Shown here piece by piece: positions 58,255-64,000 of a DNA stretch of 64,000 bases. Each line of letters starts with the position of its first letter. The stretch's first letter is position 1. Location: contig OZ242320.1 in NCBI GenBank assembly GCA_965208125.1, positions 4,064,001 to 4,128,000 on the forward strand, given 5' to 3'. Source of the DNA: Candidatus Latescibacterota bacterium (GTDB lineage Bacteria; Latescibacterota; UBA2968). Under the pieces are notes generated by a model. It made no database searches. It was given only the letters and a program-made list of their open reading frames with translations, and was not told the DNA's origin. The translations under genes were made by a program, and so were the position numbers.

Positions 58255-60711
58255 TCAGTTGCTTTTGAAAGGGTCGCTCAAAACAACGAGGGTGATAAGA
58301 TCGCGCAGACCCTTATTTTTTTCCTGTACATCCTGGACTATTGTATCAATCCCCGGTCGATCAGTAATTCCCAACTCGCGACCAATCGCGTAGGTCAGCA
58401 ATTTTTCTGTCAGACAACGCGTGAATTCTGCGTGGCGCTTTGCCACTATCTTGCGAAATTCGACGAAGGATTGGAATGTCTCGCCACTCGGCAATTGTCC
58501 CGAAGGATCAATCGCTGCGCTTCTGGTATAGTGGGTTCGCCAACCGCCGATTGCGTCAAAGTTTTCCAGCGCAAAACCAGGGGGATCGATTTTGCTATGA
58601 CATTGGGCGCAGGTCGGCATCTCGCGGTGCTTGACCAGTTGATCTCTGATGGTCGTTGCTCCGCGCGTGTCTGGCTCAATTTCGGGCACATCGTCTGGCG
58701 GTGGCGGCGGTGTGTATCCCAGCAGATTTTCCAGCACATAAATCCCGCGCACCACGGGCGAAGTATCCACGCCATTGGCCGAAGCCATAAGAAAACTGCC
58801 CTGGCCCAGCAGACCACCGCGTGGTGTCCCGGTGAGCGGAACCCGACGAAAATGATCGCCCTCAATATCTTCTATCCCATAATGCCGGGCGAGTTCCCGA
58901 TTGAGAAAGGAATAATCAGCAGAAAGAAATTCGCGGGGCGAAAGATTGTTGTCGAGTATGTGCCGAAAAAATGTCTCTGTTTCAGTCACCATAGCAGGGC
59001 CGAGGTTGTCGCGAAAATAGACTCTAAAATCTGGGGACGGTGGCATCTCTCCAATGTTGTCATAGTGGAGCCATACGCGAATGAAATTTTTAACAAAGCG
59101 GTGCGATTTTGTGTCTTTGAGCATGCGATGGATCTGATTACTGAGCGTGGCCGGGTCGCTTAGTTTTTTTTGTTGAGCAAGTGCTATCAGTTCATCATCC
59201 GGTGCAGAAGACCACAGAAAATAGGATAGCCGGGCAGCCAGAGAATAATCATCCAGAGCGCCTTCGTCTTCATGCAAAAACAGAAAAGCTGGCGCACTGA
59301 GAATGGCCTGAAAACCCAGTTGTAACGCGGTCAACGGCTCCATGCCATTGCTGAGTTTTTCATGCGCAAGCGACTCAAATGGTGCCAGTTCGCCCGGGCG
59401 CAAGGGCCTGCGAAAAGCGGCTGTGGCAAATGCACGCAAACGATCCGATATACGCTTCTGATCCAAATCCTCGGGTTTTAGATCGCCATACATCAACTGA
59501 TGTCCGCGTGGAGGCCAGTGTTTTTTTTGAGGACCAATAACCTGAATTTCCCAAACCCTTAGCTTAGGCCCGCGGTAAATTTTGAGTAACGCATGATTTC
59601 TTTTATTTCCCGCTTTCTGATCCACGAAGGGCAGGATTTCGGGTTTTGGATCTTTTGCCTTAGTAAGTTTGCGAACCAGGGCTTTGGTTGCCAGCGTTCC
59701 ATTGCGAAAACGAACCTCAGGCTCAAATCCTTTTTCCAGATAAACATCCCATTCAAACCACTGAGGCTCTTCACGGGTCAGTTCAACAGTTGCAAGCGTG
59801 TATTCGCGAGTAATATTGCCCGTGCTCACTACACTGCCTTTTCGATCTACAGCTGCCAGTTCCAGCACAAGCGGGTCGCCTGTGGGAAAATCGTTGAGTT
59901 CTCTGTCATAATGGTGATTGCGATCAATTGCTGCCGCCTGTACCCTTATGGTGTAGATACCACTGACAGGGGCGCCACCATTTGCCAGCGGATAAAAGCC
60001 AATATGACCACCGCGGTAGTGACGTCCAGTGAGATCATCGTATCCCGTATCTGACACAAATCGAAAGCGATCCTCTCTAAAAACCTTGGGCAAGGAACTG
60101 GCCTGTTTGCCTTTAAAATAGAAGGGTGATTTCTGCACGTAATTTTTGGCTTCGGGGCTGGCTTCAAAACGCGTGGCACGGGTGACGGCTTCTTCGGCAA
60201 CACGCAAATAGTGGTTGAGCAACATGCCCGATGTGACAAGCCCAGCAGCATTGTTATCAAAGCCCTTGACCTTCACTTCGGGCGGAAAATCTTCCGTTGG
60301 ATCCCAGGCTTCCATATTCAGACCGAGTAAATCGCCGAGTGTCTGGCGATATTCCCAGGCGTTGAGCCGTCTCAGAGGTGTATGCTGTCCTTTGCCCGAC
60401 AATCGCATACGCGCTTCAGCAATTGATGCTGTAATCATCTGAACAGTGGCGAGCACCTCATCTTTACCCGGCTGCCTCTGGCGCTTTGGTGGCATCGACT
60501 GCAGGTTGAGCTGATCGACAATATCCTGCCAGAGTTCTAATTCTTTGAAGTTGGCAATTGTCTCAGAGAACTGATCAAAGCGCCGATCGGCTTTTTGTAC
60601 GCTTGAACCGTGACACTTGACACAATATTGTGTGAGAAATGCCCTGGGCAGTTCTCCCCAAACAGAATGCGCGCATAGCGTGAAGGCAATGACCATCAAA
60701 ATCCGTTTCAT
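58255..60711 (-). CDS. DUF1592/DUF1588/DUF1585 protein with N-terminal CxxCH (planctomycete cytochrome-c-like)
   Basis: CVKCHG, RRLN..EY..T..DL, LA.RLSYFLWSS.PD, SPV.RG, CAQCH..IDPPGFALE.FD.IG. Confidence 0.9.
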   Translation of the reverse strand: MKRILMVIAFTLCAHSVWGELPRAFLTQYCVKCHGSSVQKADRRFDQFSETIANFKELELWQDIVDQLNLQSMPPKRQRQPGKDEVLATVQMITASIAEARMRLSGKGQHTPLRRLNAWEYRQTLGDLLGLNMEAWDPTEDFPPEVKVKGFDNNAAGLVTSGMLLNHYLRVAEEAVTRATRFEASPEAKNYVQKSPFYFKGKQASSLPKVFREDRFRFVSDTGYDDLTGRHYRGGHIGFYPLANGGAPVSGIYTIRVQAAAIDRNHHYDRELNDFPTGDPLVLELAAVDRKGSVVSTGNITREYTLATVELTREEPQWFEWDVYLEKGFEPEVRFRNGTLATKALVRKLTKAKDPKPEILPFVDQKAGNKRNHALLKIYRGPKLRVWEIQVIGPQKKHWPPRGHQLMYGDLKPEDLDQKRISDRLRAFATAAFRRPLRPGELAPFESLAHEKLSNGMEPLTALQLGFQAILSAPAFLFLHEDEGALDDYSLAARLSYFLWSSAPDDELIALAQQKKLSDPATLSNQIHRMLKDTKSHRFVKNFIRVWLHYDNIGEMPPSPDFRVYFRDNLGPAMVTETETFFRHILDNNLSPREFLSADYSFLNRELARHYGIEDIEGDHFRRVPLTGTPRGGLLGQGSFLMASANGVDTSPVVRGIYVLENLLGYTPPPPPDDVPEIEPDTRGATTIRDQLVKHREMPTCAQCHSKIDPPGFALENFDAIGGWRTHYTRSAAIDPSGQLPSGETFQSFVEFRKIVAKRHAEFTRCLTEKLLTYAIGRELGITDRPGIDTIVQDVQEKNKGLRDLITLVVLSDPFKSN

Positions 60712-61961
60712 GAAATCTCCATCGCAGAAAAGGTCCCTGTGCTTTTACCAAAGCTATCTCGCTCTACACCAAACCACTGCAAGACGGAAAGCCAGAGATT
60801 TGACAGTGGGATCCGCTTGTGTGCCTCAGCAGGACACACGAGATGTCCTTGATGTTTCAAACCGCCTCCAGCGAGAATCACCGGCAAATTCCTATTGGAA
60901 TGCCTTGAGCCATCGCCCATGCCACTTCCCAGAACGACCAGTGTGTCGTCAAACACATTTGCTTCTTTGAGGCGATCCAGAAACCGACTAAACTGAGTCA
61001 ACAAATATTTTTCCACTACCTGAAGGTCTTTCAATATCCCCTCCTCCTTGCCGTGGTGCGAAAGGCCGTGATATCCGCCAAGGTTGAGTTCGGATGTCTT
61101 AAAGCCCATGGGGATTTCAAAGGTCACAACCCGTGTCGAGTCTGTCTGTAATGCCAGTGTTAGCAGGTCATAAAAAAGCGGCATTTCCTCAATTTGCATC
61201 CGTTCGAGGTCTTCCACAGGTTCAATTGGGGATTCTGGCTTGGGTTTGTCGAGCCATTCGCGCGACATTTGCAAACGACGCTCGACGTCGCGCACCGAAG
61301 TCAGATATTGATCGAGCTTACCGCGATCCGCCGCATTTAACTGACCATCGAGTGTCTTTGCCGACGCGAGCAAGGCGTCGAGCACACTGCCCCGATTTGA
61401 TAGCGTACGACGCTCTGCGCTTCGCACAGCTTCATCATTCTGTACAAACAGAGCCTGAAAAATGCGGGCGGGATTGTTAATCGGTGCCACATTTACGCCC
61501 GACCGCGTCCATACCATGTCTGTGCCTCTGCCCAGCCCTGCAGTAATTGAGGGAAAGCGCGTCGTACTGCCCACATGCTCAGCTGCTATCTGGTCCAGCG
61601 TCATATTCTTTTCGGGGAAACCTGCGGCTTCTTCCTTGCGTATGCTGCTCAGAAATACATGTACGCCGGAGTGTCCACCGCCCGTACCGTGATCGAGATT
61701 TGAAAAGATAGTAAAATCATTTCGGTGTGAATCGATATACTTCAGCGTCAGGCTCGTCTCATAGTCCTTGCCGGACTGTTCGGGGAAAAATCCGCCCGGC
61801 CAAAATCCCAGATGATTGCCCACGCAGACCAGACGCCTCGGATTTGTCGCACCGTACACCATTCTGCTTTCCAAGAAAGGCAAAGATAGTGCTATGCCTG
61901 TGCCCTGTAAAAAGTGCCGACGATTAACCCTCGCTTGCAAAAGTTCAGAGATGACTTTCAT
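60708..61961 (-). CDS. DUF1552 domain protein
   Basis: NRRHFL.G.G..L.LPFLE, TLDQ, LD.YL.SVR.VE, ALQTD.TRV, H.LSHH, PVILAGG. Confidence 0.92.
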   Translation of the reverse strand: MKVISELLQARVNRRHFLQGTGIALSLPFLESRMVYGATNPRRLVCVGNHLGFWPGGFFPEQSGKDYETSLTLKYIDSHRNDFTIFSNLDHGTGGGHSGVHVFLSSIRKEEAAGFPEKNMTLDQIAAEHVGSTTRFPSITAGLGRGTDMVWTRSGVNVAPINNPARIFQALFVQNDEAVRSAERRTLSNRGSVLDALLASAKTLDGQLNAADRGKLDQYLTSVRDVERRLQMSREWLDKPKPESPIEPVEDLERMQIEEMPLFYDLLTLALQTDSTRVVTFEIPMGFKTSELNLGGYHGLSHHGKEEGILKDLQVVEKYLLTQFSRFLDRLKEANVFDDTLVVLGSGMGDGSRHSNRNLPVILAGGGLKHQGHLVCPAEAHKRIPLSNLWLSVLQWFGVERDSFGKSTGTFSAMEIS

Positions 61962-62022
61962 GCCTTGTCCCCTAATTAATGGTTTCTATATAATTTGGAA
62001 TCTCTACGCCAAAATTCGTTCT

Positions 62023-62052
62023 AATATAGCAAACAACAAATTCTTTTGTCAA
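62023..62052 (-). promoter_or_regulatory. Near-consensus sigma70 promoter at the 5' end of the minus-strand gene run
   Basis: TTGACA-18 bp-TATATT with extended -10 TGn. Confidence 0.65.
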
Positions 62053-62074
62053 GCCGGCGATTGATGTCTTCGAC

Positions 62075-62098
62075 TTGCGCTTCACTTTGCGCTTCACT
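62075..62098. repeat. Perfect 12-bp tandem direct repeat in the divergent intergenic region
   Basis: ttgcgcttcact x2. Confidence 0.8.
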
Positions 62099-62199
62099 GA
62101 ATCGAAATAGACCTTGACAAAATACTCAGCCGATTCAAACTATATAGTCGGAATAAACTATTGAATATGTCGGACCAAATATCCAAAAGGAGTAGAGAG

Positions 62200-63675
62200 A
62201 TGGCAGATCAATATGAACCCAATTGGGCATCACTCACCAGTTATGAAATACCCGATTGGGTAAATGATTCTAAGTTTGGCATTTATGCACACTGGGGACC
62301 ATACTCGGCAGCGGCATTTGGCAACGAGTGGTATGCACGCAATATGTATATCGAAGGTTCACCTGAGCACGCGCATTTTGTGTCGCGATTTGGAGATCTT
62401 TCAAAGGCGGGATACAAAGAATGGATTCCACGGTTTACAGCAGAAAATTTCGATCCAGAACAGTGGGCTGAAATTATTGCTGGCTCAGGTGCGCAGTACG
62501 CAGGTATTTCACTGGTTCATCACGATGGGTTTTTGCTGTGGGATTGCAAAGTGAATCGATGGAATGCTGCAAACATGGGGCCCAAACGCGATTTGTATGG
62601 TGATCTGGTTGCAGAACTCAGAAAAAAGGGCTTACGCATTTCAGCCACGTTTCACCATATGCGCACGTTTAACTGGTATTTGCCAGGCAGCAGCACGTTA
62701 GGCGAAGCGCCTTCTGAATCGGAGATTGAGCAGGCAAAAAGTAAGGGATGGGATCTCTTTGATCCTGAGTATGCAGACTTGTACTGGAATGCTGTGACGG
62801 GTAAATACGAAGATTTTCTGGAAGAGTGGAAAAAGAAGATCATAGAAGTGTTTGACACCTATCAACCAGATCTCACCTGGTTTGATGGCGGACGTTTCCG
62901 TGAGGGGCCAGCACAAGATGCAGTTTGTACTGTGCTGGCACATTATTTTAACAGGAGCCTGGAGTGGGGCAAAGGCGTTACTGTGCTGAATAAGCTACCT
63001 ACGAATGGGAAGTTTAATTTTCCACGAGAATTGGGTATGTTGACATTTGAGCAGGGCCGTGATCGTTTGCCGGGAATAGAGCGACCCTGGATTGATGACA
63101 TCAATATCGCAGAACGTTCGTGGGGGTATATTGAAGGACAAACGTATCGCTCTGCTGCATACATTTTAAAGAGCCTGATTGATGCCGTAAGCCGAGGTGG
63201 CGGTATTTTTCTTTCTCTTGCACCTATGGCAGATGGCACGATTCCCGACGCGCAGGTGAAAGTGTTGGGTGAGATCGGCGAATGGCTAAGTGTAAATAGC
63301 GAAGCGATTCACGGCACGCGTCCATGGCGCATACAAACGGAGGGCAATGTCGAGCGAATATGGGAGCAGGGCAAGAGATGGCGGTATCATTTGTGCGATG
63401 AAACAGATATTCGCTTTACCTGTACAAAAGATGCGCTCTATGCTATTGTAATGGGTTGCCCAAAGGACGACACATATCACATTGAAACACTCCGCCCGAT
63501 CACTCGCATTGGCGATGGCGATATTCGTTCTGTCCGATTGCTTGGATGCGATCAGCCCTTGACCTGGAATCAGGATAACGATGGGTTGCTCATCGATTTG
63601 CCCAACGAGAAACCAAACGATCAGGCATATACATTTAAGATCGAGATAGATGGTGAGATTGATTTAGAGATGTAA
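62200..63675 (+). CDS. Alpha-L-fucosidase, GH29
   Basis: YEPNW.SL, KFGIYAHWG.YS, EWY, HHDGF.LW, GPKRD, WFDG, WL..N.EAI.GTRPW. Confidence 0.92.
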   Translation: MADQYEPNWASLTSYEIPDWVNDSKFGIYAHWGPYSAAAFGNEWYARNMYIEGSPEHAHFVSRFGDLSKAGYKEWIPRFTAENFDPEQWAEIIAGSGAQYAGISLVHHDGFLLWDCKVNRWNAANMGPKRDLYGDLVAELRKKGLRISATFHHMRTFNWYLPGSSTLGEAPSESEIEQAKSKGWDLFDPEYADLYWNAVTGKYEDFLEEWKKKIIEVFDTYQPDLTWFDGGRFREGPAQDAVCTVLAHYFNRSLEWGKGVTVLNKLPTNGKFNFPRELGMLTFEQGRDRLPGIERPWIDDINIAERSWGYIEGQTYRSAAYILKSLIDAVSRGGGIFLSLAPMADGTIPDAQVKVLGEIGEWLSVNSEAIHGTRPWRIQTEGNVERIWEQGKRWRYHLCDETDIRFTCTKDALYAIVMGCPKDDTYHIETLRPITRIGDGDIRSVRLLGCDQPLTWNQDNDGLLIDLPNEKPNDQAYTFKIEIDGEIDLEM

Positions 63676-63692
63676 CATCATTGGATAGGGGT

Positions 63693-64000
63693 TCAGATAG
63701 TCGTTCTTCCCTGATACAGTAATGGATGTATGATCCCAATCGCGTCAATCTCAGACTGAAGATCGGTGGGGAGGGGCCCACGCTCAATGGCGTCGATATT
63801 CGATTCGATTTCATACGGATTTTTGAAGCCAGTTACGATACATTTGAGACGCTGCTCAGGCAGTAGCCAGCGCAGGGTGAGTTCCGGCAACTCCAGGCCC
63901 GATGATGCCTGGATGTCCAGGTATTTGCAATACGCGCGGTGGAAGCCTTCATCCATCCATTCGGGCAGATGGTCACGCCAGTCTGACCTGGCAACGGCAA
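63693..64000 (-). CDS. Aldo/keto reductase, C-terminal part (gene enters from beyond the window)
   Basis: Frame open to the window end; L.EL.LRW.L, IVTG.....EIE.N......GPLP..L...ID. Confidence 0.7.
   Translation of the reverse strand, partial: AVARSDWRDHLPEWMDEGFHRAYCKYLDIQASSGLELPELTLRWLLPEQRLKCIVTGFKNPYEIESNIDAIERGPLPTDLQSEIDAIGIIHPLLYQGRTTI

Noticed and set aside
7850-61961. Canonical integron/CALIN
   Set aside because: No intI and no recurring attC with paired R''/R' and L boxes; most junctions are too short to hold one
1-64000. Prophage, rRNA, tRNA or IS transposase
   Set aside because: No structural phage genes, recognisable RNA genes or transposase motifs seen by eye; a tRNAscan/Rfam run would be needed to exclude small RNAs

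Overview
Bacterial chromosomal window. The content (DUF6785-type membrane protein, five sulfatase-fold genes, four PhyH-type dioxygenases, DUF1552/DUF1592 pair) resembles marine or sponge-associated Latescibacterota/Poribacteria-like genomes; this is an inference. Positions 1-7.7 kb look like core genome: a membrane transporter, a sulfatase-like gene, and a DUF1998 helicase-polyprenyl synthase-transaldolase operon. From about 7,850 to 61,961 there is a ~54 kb run of about 59 functionally unrelated, tightly packed minus-strand genes or gene fragments, with only two genes on the plus strand. Its content resembles an integron cassette array: GNATs, SAM methyltransferases, VOC, NUDIX, cupin, AAC(3), serine hydrolases and four toxin-antitoxin loci. 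However, no integrase and no repeated attC site are visible. The run carries many deletion scars (fused gene halves, orphan heads and tails, two antitoxins without an intact toxin), a duplicated 39-40 bp hairpin, and a near-consensus sigma70 promoter at its 5' end. The window ends with a GH29 fucosidase and a partial aldo/keto reductase. No rRNA, tRNA, CRISPR array or transposase was recognised. All family calls come from motif recognition by eye, not from database searches.
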